Assembly: GCA_012512865.1 (NCBI GenBank)
Contig: JAAZDH010000317.1
Span: 1-39,212, forward strand
From: Clostridiaceae bacterium
GTDB lineage: Bacteria > Bacillota > Clostridia > Acetivibrionales > DUMC01
Direction: 5' to 3'
Length of the DNA: 39,212 nucleotides
Part shown: positions 17,603 through 27,390 of the stretch, piece by piece
How positions within the stretch are numbered: the stretch's first letter is position 1
Layout: the number at the start of each line of letters is the position of its first letter
Notes under the pieces: model-generated
Told to the model about the DNA's origin: nothing
Database searches by the model: none
The model's input: the letters and a program-made list of their open reading frames with translations, nothing else
Made by a program: the position numbers and the translations under genes

Positions 17603-19273
17603 ATGAGGATAACAGGTGCGCAAGCAATAGTTAAAGCATTAGAGATGGAAAATGTAACCCATGTTTTCGGATACCCGGGCGCTGCAATATGCCCCTTTTA
17701 CGATGCTTTAATTGATTCCGGCATAAAGCATGTACTAACGCGGCATGAGCAGGGTGCTGCCCATGCGGCAAGCGGTTATGCGCGGGCAACGGGCAAAACA
17801 GGTGTGTGCATCGCTACTTCAGGCCCCGGGGCGACAAACCTTATTACCGGGATTGCAACGGCATACATGGATTCCATACCGGTTGTTGCAATAACGGGAC
17901 AGGTCCCGACAAGCCTGATAGGCAGGGATGTTTTCCAGGAAGCCGATATAACAGGAGCAACAGCCCCGTTTTGCAAGCACAATTACCTGGTGAAAAATGT
18001 TGAGGATTTGCCAAGGGTATTAAAGGAGGCATTTCACATAGCGCCAACGGGAAGGCCCGGGCCGGTGCTCGTGGATGTTCCTATAGATGTGCAAACTTGC
18101 GAATTATTTTTCAAATATCCCAAGGAAGTAAACATAAGGGGATATAAACCTAATTACAAGGGGCATCCCTTGCAGGTAAAAAAACTGGCCGAGGCCATAA
18201 ACAAGGCAAAGGCTCCCGTGATTTGCGCCGGGGGAGGAGTTATAAGCAGCAGGGCACAGGATGAACTGCTTGGCCTGGCGGAAAAATGTGATATCCCCGT
18301 AGTTACAACCTTAATGGGAATTGGCTCCATTCCTACTGAACATGAGAGGTGCCTTGGGATGCTTGGTTTCCATGGGAGTTACCTGGCAAACCATGCCATA
18401 AGGAATGCCGACCTTGTTATCATAATAGGCGCAAGGGTGGGGGATAGGGCAATGGCATCGGCAAGGAAAATAGCTGAAAAGGCGCGTATTGTCCACATGG
18501 ATATTGACCCCGCCGAGATTGGGAAGAACATCGAGGTCCATATACCGATTGTAGGCGATGTAAAAACAATCTTGCGGGATTTGCTTCAAATTGTTGAAAA
18601 AGGCGATACAAGGGAATGGCTGCAGAAAATCGGGCAGGCAAGGCAGGAACGTGAAGCTCGCGTGGAAGCCCGCACGGAAGCTAACCCGGCTGAAACTGGC
18701 GCCGGCGGCCAAGCTGGCAGTAACGCGGCAATAAAACCGGGATTCCTGCTTAAAACACTTTCAAGGCTAATGAAAGAGGATGTAATAATAACCACGGAAG
18801 TGGGCCAGAACCAGATATGGGCTGCCAATAACATGATTATGCGCAGGCCGGGCAAATTTATTACTTCTGGAGGACTGGGAACCATGGGGTATGGCCTCCC
18901 GGCGGCGGTAGGCGCCAAAACAGGCTGCCCGTCCGCACAGGTTATAAATATAAGTGGGGACGGCAGTTTCCAGATGTCGATGCAGGAGCTGGGAACAATA
19001 AAACAATACAAGCTGGGCGTGAAAATAGTAATACTTAACAATAGAAGGCTTGGAATGGTAAGGGAGCTACAGAAAATGAAATACGGCGGCCGTTATTCGC
19101 AAGTTTTCCTGGAAGACAACCCGGACTTCATCAAGCTGGCTGCCGCTTATGGCATAAAGGGGGAAAGGATAACGAGAAACGAGGAAGTGGAAGGTGCGCT
19201 AAAAAGGATGCTGGCGGATGACAGCGCCTACTTGCTGGATTGTGCGATAGACCCGGATGAGCCAACACTGTAA
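17603..19273 (+). CDS. ilvB: Acetolactate synthase large subunit, biosynthetic type
   Basis: MRITGAQAIVKALEMENVTHVFGYPGAAICPFYDAL...ATSGPGATNL...GGLGTMGYGLPAAVGAK...GDGSFQM are classic ThDP/AHAS motifs. SD GGAGGGAAA before ATG 17603. Confidence 0.95.
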   Translation: MRITGAQAIVKALEMENVTHVFGYPGAAICPFYDALIDSGIKHVLTRHEQGAAHAASGYARATGKTGVCIATSGPGATNLITGIATAYMDSIPVVAITGQVPTSLIGRDVFQEADITGATAPFCKHNYLVKNVEDLPRVLKEAFHIAPTGRPGPVLVDVPIDVQTCELFFKYPKEVNIRGYKPNYKGHPLQVKKLAEAINKAKAPVICAGGGVISSRAQDELLGLAEKCDIPVVTTLMGIGSIPTEHERCLGMLGFHGSYLANHAIRNADLVIIIGARVGDRAMASARKIAEKARIVHMDIDPAEIGKNIEVHIPIVGDVKTILRDLLQIVEKGDTREWLQKIGQARQEREARVEARTEANPAETGAGGQAGSNAAIKPGFLLKTLSRLMKEDVIITTEVGQNQIWAANNMIMRRPGKFITSGGLGTMGYGLPAAVGAKTGCPSAQVINISGDGSFQMSMQELGTIKQYKLGVKIVILNNRRLGMVRELQKMKYGGRYSQVFLEDNPDFIKLAAAYGIKGERITRNEEVEGALKRMLADDSAYLLDCAIDPDEPTL

Positions 19274-19295
19274 GGTACCCATTGTAATCTTGTAA

Positions 19296-19409
19296 TAAAA
19301 AACAAGTGGAATAAATCGGGCAGAATAAAGCAATTGGGAAAAAACAAGCTGAGTAAAGCGGGTAAAAAAAAGCAATTGGAAAAACAAGGGAAATAAAGCG
19401 GGACAAAAC
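19296..19409. repeat. About three tandem 40-42 nt units inside the ilvB-ilvN spacer
   Basis: AAACAAG...TAAA(T/G)CGGG recurs at 19303/19345/19385 and 19312/19354/19394. AAAGCAATTGG occurs at 19327 and 19369. Confidence 0.8.
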
Positions 19410-19593
19410 AATAAGCTGGATAATAGTTATTTATTTGGCAACGGGCAAATATTATGGGCATCATTATTTTAATCATTATTTAAATATGATTTACTTAATT
19501 TAAACGCGATTTACTTAATAAAAAATATAAAAAGTAATCCATGCGCAGTAAAAGCGACATATGTATATGTTACACGTGAAAGGAGGAATTGCA

Positions 19594-20127
19594 ATGGCAA
19601 AACATATACTTTCGGTCCTGGTGGAGAATTATGCCGGTGTACTTTCAAGGGTGGCCGGGCTTTTCAGCAGGAGAGGTTTTAATATCGACAGCCTTGCTGT
19701 TGGTATTACGGAAAATCCTAAAATATCGAGGATGACAATAGTGGTTGACGGCGACGAGTATACCGTGGAGCAGGTGGGCAAGCAGCTAAACAAGCTTATC
19801 AACGTAATAAGGGTGAAAAAGCTTGATGACCAGGATTCTGTAAGGAGGGAACTGTCACTTATAAAGGTTAATGCTGACGCGTCAACCAGGTCGGAAATCA
19901 TGCAAATCGTGGAAATATTCCGTGCCAAGATTGTTGATGTATCACCGGACACCCTGACAATCGAGGCCTCGGGGGACGAAGAAAAAGTCCGTGCCCTGGA
20001 AGAGATGTTGAAACAATTCGGCATAAAAGAAATAGTAAGAACGGGATTAATAGCCCTCGAGAGAGGGAACAAGCATATAAAAGCGGATGATAACAGCAAT
20101 AATAACAATAATAATGATGAGGAGTGA
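19594..20127 (+). CDS. ilvN: Acetolactate synthase small (regulatory) subunit
   Basis: HILSVLVENYAGVLSRVAGLFSRRGFNIDSLAVG is the ACT-domain signature. SD AAAGGAGGAA. The C-terminal tail DDNSNNNNNNDEE is unusual. Confidence 0.9.
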   Translation: MAKHILSVLVENYAGVLSRVAGLFSRRGFNIDSLAVGITENPKISRMTIVVDGDEYTVEQVGKQLNKLINVIRVKKLDDQDSVRRELSLIKVNADASTRSEIMQIVEIFRAKIVDVSPDTLTIEASGDEEKVRALEEMLKQFGIKEIVRTGLIALERGNKHIKADDNSNNNNNNDEE

Positions 20128-20132
20128 TATGA

Positions 20133-21128
<996 letters not shown>

Positions 21129-21173
21129 AAAATATTGTGTGATAGGAAGATTGTGAAAGATGAGGTGAAAAGC

Positions 21174-22703
21174 ATGCCGGTTAGAATAAAAATATTCGAT
21201 ACCACGTTAAGGGACGGGGAGCAAACACCGGGAGTGAATTTAAATGTTCATGAAAAGGTAGAGATTGCCAGGCAGCTGGAGAGGTTGGGCGTTGATGTAA
21301 TTGAGGCTGGCTTTGCCATAGCCTCCCCCGGGGATTTTGAAGCAGTAAACGAAGTATCCAAGGTTATTAAAGACGTTAAAGTTGCAAGCCTTGCCAGGGC
21401 ACTGGAAAAGGACATCGATGTGGCATGGGAAGCGGTGAAAAATGCGAGGATGCCCCGCATTCACACTTTTATTGCAACTTCGGACATTCATATGAAACAC
21501 AAGCTTAGAATGACCGAGGAGGAAGTGTTGGAAAGGGCAATCCAAATGGTCAGGTATGCAAAGAAATATTGTGAAGACGTGGAATTTTCCGCGGAAGACG
21601 CCAGCAGGACAAGGATGGATTTCCTGTACAAGGTTATTGAAGAAACCATAAAAGCAGGAGCCACGGTAATAAACATACCTGATACGGTGGGGTATGCAAC
21701 CCCCGGGGAGTTCGGGGAGCTTATCAGGGGGATAAAAAACAACGTGCCCAATATTGACAAGGTTGATATAAGCGTCCATTGTCACAATGACCTGGGCATG
21801 GCCGTGGCCAACTCCCTTGTTGCGGTTGAAAACGGGGCAACACAAGTGGAGTGCACGATTAACGGCCTTGGAGAGAGGGCGGGGAATGCAGCACTTGAAG
21901 AAATCATCATGGGAATAGATACGAGAAAGGATTTTTACAAGGCAGGGCATAAAATAGATACTACGCAGATATACAGGTCAAGCAGGCTGGTAAGCACTTT
22001 AACCGGTATTACGGTACAGCCTAACAAGGCTATTGTGGGAGCAAATGCCTTTGCCCATGAGTCAGGTATTCACCAGCACGGGGTATTGGCCGAAAAAACA
22101 ACCTACGAGATAATGAAGCCGGAATCCATAGGACTCAAGCAAAACAGGCTGGTGCTCGGGAAATTGTCAGGTCGTCACGCCTTTGAGGAAAAATTAAAAG
22201 AAATGGGATATAATCTAACGAAAGAGCAAATAACTAACGCTTTTCAGAAATTCAAGGAATTGGCGGACAGGAAAAAGGATGTTACGGATAAGGATATTGA
22301 AGCCCTGGTGGAGGAAAAGGTTGCAAGGATACCGGAAGTATTCCAGTTGGAAACATACCAGATAAGCAGCGGGGATAAGGTTGTGTCAACTGCTACCGTA
22401 AGTGTAAGACGAAATGGAAATGTTTATACCGAGGCTGCCACGGGAGAAGGCCCTATTGATGCGGCCTTTAAAGCAATGGAAAGAACAGTGGGGTTTGCAC
22501 TGGACCTCGAGGATTACAACCTGAGAGCTGTTACCGGGGGGAAGGATGCCCTTGGAGAAGTAACCGTGAGGGTATCGAAGGATGGCCGGGAATTCACCGG
22601 CAGGGGAGTGAGCACGGATATAATAGAGGCGAGCGTCAGGGCATACCTTAGTGCGATAAACAGGGTATTGAGCGAATTGGGCGAAGACATAATCCAGCGT
22701 TAA
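21174..22703 (+). CDS. leuA: 2-isopropylmalate synthase
   Basis: IFDTTLRDGEQTPGV...HCHNDLGMAVANSL...GERAGNAALEE plus a C-terminal LeuA dimerisation/regulatory domain. SD GAGGTGA before ATG 21174. Confidence 0.9.
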   Translation: MPVRIKIFDTTLRDGEQTPGVNLNVHEKVEIARQLERLGVDVIEAGFAIASPGDFEAVNEVSKVIKDVKVASLARALEKDIDVAWEAVKNARMPRIHTFIATSDIHMKHKLRMTEEEVLERAIQMVRYAKKYCEDVEFSAEDASRTRMDFLYKVIEETIKAGATVINIPDTVGYATPGEFGELIRGIKNNVPNIDKVDISVHCHNDLGMAVANSLVAVENGATQVECTINGLGERAGNAALEEIIMGIDTRKDFYKAGHKIDTTQIYRSSRLVSTLTGITVQPNKAIVGANAFAHESGIHQHGVLAEKTTYEIMKPESIGLKQNRLVLGKLSGRHAFEEKLKEMGYNLTKEQITNAFQKFKELADRKKDVTDKDIEALVEEKVARIPEVFQLETYQISSGDKVVSTATVSVRRNGNVYTEAATGEGPIDAAFKAMERTVGFALDLEDYNLRAVTGGKDALGEVTVRVSKDGREFTGRGVSTDIIEASVRAYLSAINRVLSELGEDIIQR

Positions 22704-22820
22704 AAAGCGTGGTTGGCAAAAACTGTGCCGTAGTTGATCCGGTTGACGAAGGAATAACCAGCATAAAAAACGGGACGTAAAAACAGGATGGGAATGAAGG
22801 CTGCAAAAAATAAAAATTAA

Positions 22821-22850
22821 TTGCAATAGCCTATTGGATTGTGCTATTAT
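22821..22850 (+). promoter_or_regulatory. Candidate internal promoter for cimA (TTGCAA-18-TGcTATTAT)
   Basis: TTGCAA at 22821-22826. TG-extended TATTAT at 22845-22850. Lies within the 260-nt leuA-cimA spacer. Confidence 0.35.
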
Positions 22851-22962
22851 GTCTTCATATATCGCAATATTGCATTGTATTTATTTATAATGTATGCAAT
22901 TATGTATCGCATATGTATTATGCAATTATATATCGCAATCGCAAGATCGCAAGGCGGGTGAG

Positions 22963-24537
22963 ATGGTTTTGAAAAAAGTAGTAATTTACGATACAACACT
23001 CAGGGATGGTGCTCAAGCCCAGGGTATTTCTTTTACAGTTGAAGACAAACTAAAAATAGCAAAAGCAGTGGATGACTTGGGAATAAGCTATATTGAAGCC
23101 GGAAACCCCGGTTCGAACCCGAAAGACATTGAATTCTTTGAACGGGTCAAGGAAATCGGCTTGAAACATGCAAAGATTTCAGCTTTTGGCAGTACCCGCA
23201 GGGTTAATGTCCCGGTGGAAGAGGATTCTAATGTATTATCACTGCTTGCGGCAGATACCCCCGTGGTGACAATATTCGGCAAAAGCTGGGATTTTCACGT
23301 GGATGCCATACTCAAAACAACCTTAGAAGAAAACTTAAAAATGATATATGACACGATAAGCTTTTTTGCAAACCGCGGCAGGGAAGTGATTTTTGATGCG
23401 GAGCACTTCTTTGACGGTTATAAGGCCAACCCGGCATATGCCATGGAAACCCTTAAGGCTGCTTGTGATGCCGGGGCGGCCGGCATATGCCTTTGCGATA
23501 CAAATGGCGGAACCTTCCCCGATGAAATATTTAAGATAACATCGGGAGTTATTGAAGAAATAAAAGTACCGATAGGCATACACTGTCACAATGACAACGG
23601 GATGGCTGTTGCCAATTCTATTGTTGCCGTGCAGGCAGGCGCTACCCATGTCCAGGGGACAATAAACGGGATCGGTGAAAGATGCGGTAATGCCAACCTT
23701 TGCACCATAATTCCCAACCTGCAGGTAAAAGCCGGTTGCGAGTGCATACCGGGAGATAAAATGAAAGAGCTCACTTCCATTGCAAGGTTCGTGAGTGAAG
23801 TGGCAAATATTATACATGATGAAAGGGCGCCCTATGTAGGAGGATGCGCCTTTGCCCACAAGGGCGGGATGCACGTGGACGCAGTGTATAAAACCTCCAT
23901 TTCCTTTGAGCACATTGACCCCGAGATGGTGGGCAATAAGCGCAGGATACTGATGTCGGAGGTTTCTGGCAGGAGCGCTATTTTGAAAAAAATTAATGAA
24001 GTGGATAGCTCAATAACAAAAGATTCGCCTGAAGCAAAGCATATAATCAACAAGCTGAAAGAGCTTGAACACCAGGGGTACCAGTATGAAGGAGCGGAGA
24101 CTTCATTTGAAATAGTTATAAGAAAACTGCTGGGCAAGTACAAGCCGTTTTTCAACCTCAATGAGTTCAAAGTTATAGTGAACGAGCCTTCCGTTGAAGG
24201 TGTAAATTCATCGGCAATGGTAAAAATAAGGGTTGAAGGCCAGGTTGAAATTACCGCCGCGGAAGGATGCGGACCTGTAAATGCCCTGGACAATGCCTTG
24301 AGAAAAGCCCTGGAAAGGTTCTATCCCGAGATAAGGGAAATGAAATTGACCGACTACAAGGTCAGGGTATTGGATTCTGAAGCTGCTACTGCTGCAAAGG
24401 TAAGGGTGTTGATAGAATCGACGGATGGCAAGGACGTATGGACTACAGTAGGCGTATCTACCGACATAATTGAAGCAAGCTGGAAAGCACTGGTTGATTC
24501 AATTGAATACAAGCTGATAAAGGATAGGAGCTTATAA
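22963..24537 (+). CDS. cimA: (R)-citramalate synthase (LeuA-family, long form)
   Basis: [53 protein letters not shown]... matches the CimA-type N-terminus as I remember it. [13 protein letters not shown] and a C-terminal regulatory domain are present. Confidence 0.8.
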   Translation: MVLKKVVIYDTTLRDGAQAQGISFTVEDKLKIAKAVDDLGISYIEAGNPGSNPKDIEFFERVKEIGLKHAKISAFGSTRRVNVPVEEDSNVLSLLAADTPVVTIFGKSWDFHVDAILKTTLEENLKMIYDTISFFANRGREVIFDAEHFFDGYKANPAYAMETLKAACDAGAAGICLCDTNGGTFPDEIFKITSGVIEEIKVPIGIHCHNDNGMAVANSIVAVQAGATHVQGTINGIGERCGNANLCTIIPNLQVKAGCECIPGDKMKELTSIARFVSEVANIIHDERAPYVGGCAFAHKGGMHVDAVYKTSISFEHIDPEMVGNKRRILMSEVSGRSAILKKINEVDSSITKDSPEAKHIINKLKELEHQGYQYEGAETSFEIVIRKLLGKYKPFFNLNEFKVIVNEPSVEGVNSSAMVKIRVEGQVEITAAEGCGPVNALDNALRKALERFYPEIREMKLTDYKVRVLDSEAATAAKVRVLIESTDGKDVWTTVGVSTDIIEASWKALVDSIEYKLIKDRSL

Positions 24538-24761
24538 GGGGTGGAACTAAGGCAGTGACGAGGGGTGGTTTTAAGGTCCCGCTGCTGGAACAAGGGTACA
24601 GTTCCGGTGTCCTGCCTTTATGGGGAGGAGATGGTTCTCCTGTCCAAGCGGGAGATAAGAGCTTGGTGGTAAGCGCTTATAAAGGATGGAAGCAAAAGGC
24701 CGGCAGGAGAGCGGGTTAGTAGGAGACAACAGTACAATACGGCCGGGAAAGGTGATAAAAT

Positions 24762-25025
24762 TTGAAACTTGCCGGAAGATTAATAAAGGGCACAAGAACA
24801 ATAAAGAAGGCATTTTTCGAGAATGATAACAGCTCGATGGCATTTGCGGATGCGCTTGAAGAGTGCCTTATAAGGCTTTGCAAGGAAATGGACATTCCCG
24901 TGCCGATTTGGATGAAAAAGAACACCCATGAGTTTGTGGCCTTCCGCAAGACATTTTTTACAAGTGAGCAATTTGCCGAGGAAATAAACTTCGATAAATT
25001 CGAGATAACGCTGGAGCAGCATTAA
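24762..25025 (+). CDS. Hypothetical small protein (87 aa from TTG, or 62 aa from ATG 24837)
   Basis: SD-like GGAAAGGTGAT lies 7 nt before TTG 24762. No family recognised. Coding status is uncertain. Confidence 0.45.
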   Translation: MKLAGRLIKGTRTIKKAFFENDNSSMAFADALEECLIRLCKEMDIPVPIWMKKNTHEFVAFRKTFFTSEQFAEEINFDKFEITLEQH

Positions 25026-25106
25026 ACAAGTTTTTTAAGTTGAAAGTATTCTATAAAAACTCCTCTTCACATATGAATAATTTGAGCATGTGAAGGGGTG
25101 TTTGTC

Positions 25107-25811
25107 ATGCTGAGCAAGAAAGCATTATGGGTATTTTTATCTATCCTGGTTTTGATGAGCATTGTTCAAATAATACTGGACAGCGCAAGTGAAACAGAAG
25201 GGGGCAATACATTAGTTACCGCTGATAAAAAACCGGAATATGTTATTTTTATCGAAGTAGAGGATAAAACCCTGTACCTGCTGGAAAACGGCGTATGTAT
25301 AAAGAAGTACACCGTGGCAACGGGCAAACCGGGTTATCCTTCCCCCATAGGATACTGGAAAATTATAACCAAGGATACCTGGGGAGAAGGTTTCGGGGGA
25401 AGGTGGATGGGCCTGAATGTGTCCTGGGGTAAATACGGCATTCACGGGACCACGATTCCAGGCTCGATAGGTTATGCGGCAAGCCATGGCTGCATCCGCA
25501 TGTATAATAAAGATGTAAGAGAACTGTATAACATAGTACCCCATGGTACTCCCGTCGTTATAGTAAACGGCCCCTTCGGCCCCTTTGGAACAGGTTTCAG
25601 ACCCATAGAACCTGGAGACAGGGGAGCGGATGTAATGGCAATACAGAAACGGCTTAAAGAACTAGGGTACTTTAACGGGTGGGTATCCGGCATATACAAT
25701 GACGACCTGAAATATGCGCTTCACCGGTTCCAAAAGAGCAAAGGTCTTCCCGTAAACGACACCATAGACAGAAAATGCTGGCACAAGATGGGATTCCTGG
25801 AGTTTGAATGA
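25107..25811 (+). CDS. L,D-transpeptidase (YkuD domain) with C-terminal peptidoglycan-binding domain
   Basis: Catalytic motif IHGT...SHGCIRM. C-terminal GDRGADVMAIQKRLKELGYF...DDLKYALHRFQKSKGLPVNDTID is PG_binding_1-like. N-terminal membrane anchor. SD GAAGGGG before ATG 25107. Confidence 0.9.
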   Translation: MLSKKALWVFLSILVLMSIVQIILDSASETEGGNTLVTADKKPEYVIFIEVEDKTLYLLENGVCIKKYTVATGKPGYPSPIGYWKIITKDTWGEGFGGRWMGLNVSWGKYGIHGTTIPGSIGYAASHGCIRMYNKDVRELYNIVPHGTPVVIVNGPFGPFGTGFRPIEPGDRGADVMAIQKRLKELGYFNGWVSGIYNDDLKYALHRFQKSKGLPVNDTIDRKCWHKMGFLEFE

Positions 25812-25927
25812 TCTTTGACCTGGCATAAATTGAACTATATTCGATGCATATTTAACTAGAAGAACCAGGAGTCTGCCCGGGAAAGCGGGCTCATGCAGGC
25901 AGCATTGATAGATAACCAAAACCTTCC

Positions 25928-25943
25928 GAGCAGGCTCCTGCTC
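25928..25943 (-). terminator. Possible terminator of the Phd-Uma2 gene
   Basis: GAGCAGG / CCTGCTC stem, effectively 6 bp with a 4-nt loop. On the minus strand it is followed by GGAAGGTTTTGGTT. Confidence 0.35.
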
Positions 25944-25959
25944 CCAGGTGTTTAATAGA

Positions 25960-26727
25960 CTATATATTTGCAAACAAATTGGAAACATCCAGCATCAAAC
26001 CATCATATATAAATGATTGAGCAGCGTCACCTGTTTTAAAAAACTTGTACATTTCAATTTCGTGGTTCTTAAAGGCATAGATAATAACCTGTTTACATGC
26101 AGGGTCAATAACCCAGTATTCTTTTACACCTGACAGCATATACGTATTTAACTTATCAACCATATCTTTGCTTCGTGTGCTATCCGATAATATCTCAACA
26201 ACCAAGGTCGGGGTTCCCATATACTTGCCCTTTTCATTTATGTTGCCTTCCATATCACAGATTACAAGCAAATCCGGCTGCATAACATCAGGTTCTTTAA
26301 AATCTTTTTTTCTAAAGTGAACGTCAAAGGGTGCAAAATACACCTTGCATTTATTACCCTTGAAATATTCGCTAAATGCAAGGTACAGCCTTGCCAATAT
26401 CTCCTGGTGTTTAATAGTTGGAGAAGACAACAGGTAAATTTCACCATTAATAAATTCCATCCTGAGATCGCTCTTTTCGTAAATCTCCATGAATTCCTCG
26501 TAGGAAACCTTTTTCCCGCCGTACTGGTAATCCAGGGCCCTTTCCCTCACCATGAAATACTGCTCAATATCAGTTATATAAGGAGTAAGCCTACAAATCT
26601 TTTTACCGTTTTTCGTGATAACAACGTCAGTTTGCTGCTGCTCAGCGTAATCCAGGTACTTTCCCAGGTTTTTCTTAAGTTCCGTTGCAGTTATGACAAC
26701 ACCTTCCTTGTAATCAACCGGTTTCAT
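25960..26727 (-). CDS. Fusion protein: N-terminal Phd/YefM-like antitoxin domain + Uma2 (DUF820) PD-(D/E)xK endonuclease domain
   Basis: N-terminus MKPVDYKEGVVITATELKKNLGKYLDYAEQQQTDVVITKNGKKICRLTPY is Phd/YefM-like. C-terminal part is the Uma2 signature: SYEEFMEIYEKSDLRMEFINGEIYLLSSPTIKHQ...MQPDLLVICD...PTLVVEILSDSTRSKDMVDKLNTYMLSGVKEYWVIDP. SD GGAGGTGAT before ATG 26727. Confidence 0.8.
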   Translation of the reverse strand: MKPVDYKEGVVITATELKKNLGKYLDYAEQQQTDVVITKNGKKICRLTPYITDIEQYFMVRERALDYQYGGKKVSYEEFMEIYEKSDLRMEFINGEIYLLSSPTIKHQEILARLYLAFSEYFKGNKCKVYFAPFDVHFRKKDFKEPDVMQPDLLVICDMEGNINEKGKYMGTPTLVVEILSDSTRSKDMVDKLNTYMLSGVKEYWVIDPACKQVIIYAFKNHEIEMYKFFKTGDAAQSFIYDGLMLDVSNLFANI

Positions 26728-26900
26728 ACGATCACCTCCAAAAAAATTATACCAAATCGTACACAATATTGCAACATGATAGCACTATATTCTTAAAATA
26801 ATAGCACCGTATAATTATATTTATCGCACTATTTATATTATAAAATTAGCATGCAAAAAGCAGGCACTAGCGCCTTTTGATGGCTATTGTACTGGTTGTA

Positions 26901-26929
26901 TTGTTATTTTATTGAAGAAATGATATAAT
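26901..26929 (+). promoter_or_regulatory. Candidate promoter of mntA-hepT (TTGTTA-17-TATAAT, TG-extended)
   Basis: TTGTTA at 26901-26906. TGATATAAT at 26921-26929. Confidence 0.45.
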
Positions 26930-26970
26930 GTGATTGATTTTGAACTAGCAGCATTGAGAGGTTTATTTAT

Positions 26971-27390
26971 ATGAATGTTATGGAGGATGTTATAGAAAAG
27001 TGCAAAAAAGTGTTAATAAAATATGAAAACATTTTATTTGCTTATATCTTTGGTTCCTATGCATCAGGGAGAGTAAGAGAAGATAGCGATATAGATATTG
27101 CCATATATTTAAAAGAGAAAATTGATACAAAAGAATACCTTGATATTAGGATGGATTTAATGGAAGCCTGTGGAAGGAAAGTTGATTTAATCATATTAAG
27201 TAAGGCAACCCCTCTGTTGAAATTTGAGGTTTACAGGAATAACATACTCCTGTTTACAAGAGATGAAACACTTGAGAACAATTTTAAGGTAAAAACGCTG
27301 TTTGAATATTGGGATACGAAAAAGTACTTGGATATGGCCTATAAAAAGAATATTGAGAGGATAAAACAGGAGGCGGAAACTAGTGGTTAA
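26971..27390 (+). CDS. mntA: MntA-type minimal nucleotidyltransferase (antitoxin of a HepT/MntA type VII TA pair)
   Basis: FGSYASGRVREDSDIDIAIY is the GSx(n)DxD nucleotidyltransferase motif. The gene overlaps the following DUF86 gene by 8 nt. Confidence 0.85.
   Translation: MNVMEDVIEKCKKVLIKYENILFAYIFGSYASGRVREDSDIDIAIYLKEKIDTKEYLDIRMDLMEACGRKVDLIILSKATPLLKFEVYRNNILLFTRDETLENNFKVKTLFEYWDTKKYLDMAYKKNIERIKQEAETSG

Noticed and set aside
19296-19409. CRISPR array
   Set aside because: The repeats are AT-rich, degenerate and directly abutting, with no unique spacers. There are only about 3 units, no cas genes and no leader. This is a tandem repeat, not a CRISPR array.
24626-24690. Fluoride (crcB) riboswitch-like GGAGAUGGUUCUCC hairpin
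   Set aside because: The resemblance to GGCGAUGGNGUUCGCC is only superficial. The loop is 2 nt shorter, no downstream CUAAUGA..CCUAC pseudoknot partner is present, and the downstream gene is not crcB or another fluoride-related gene.
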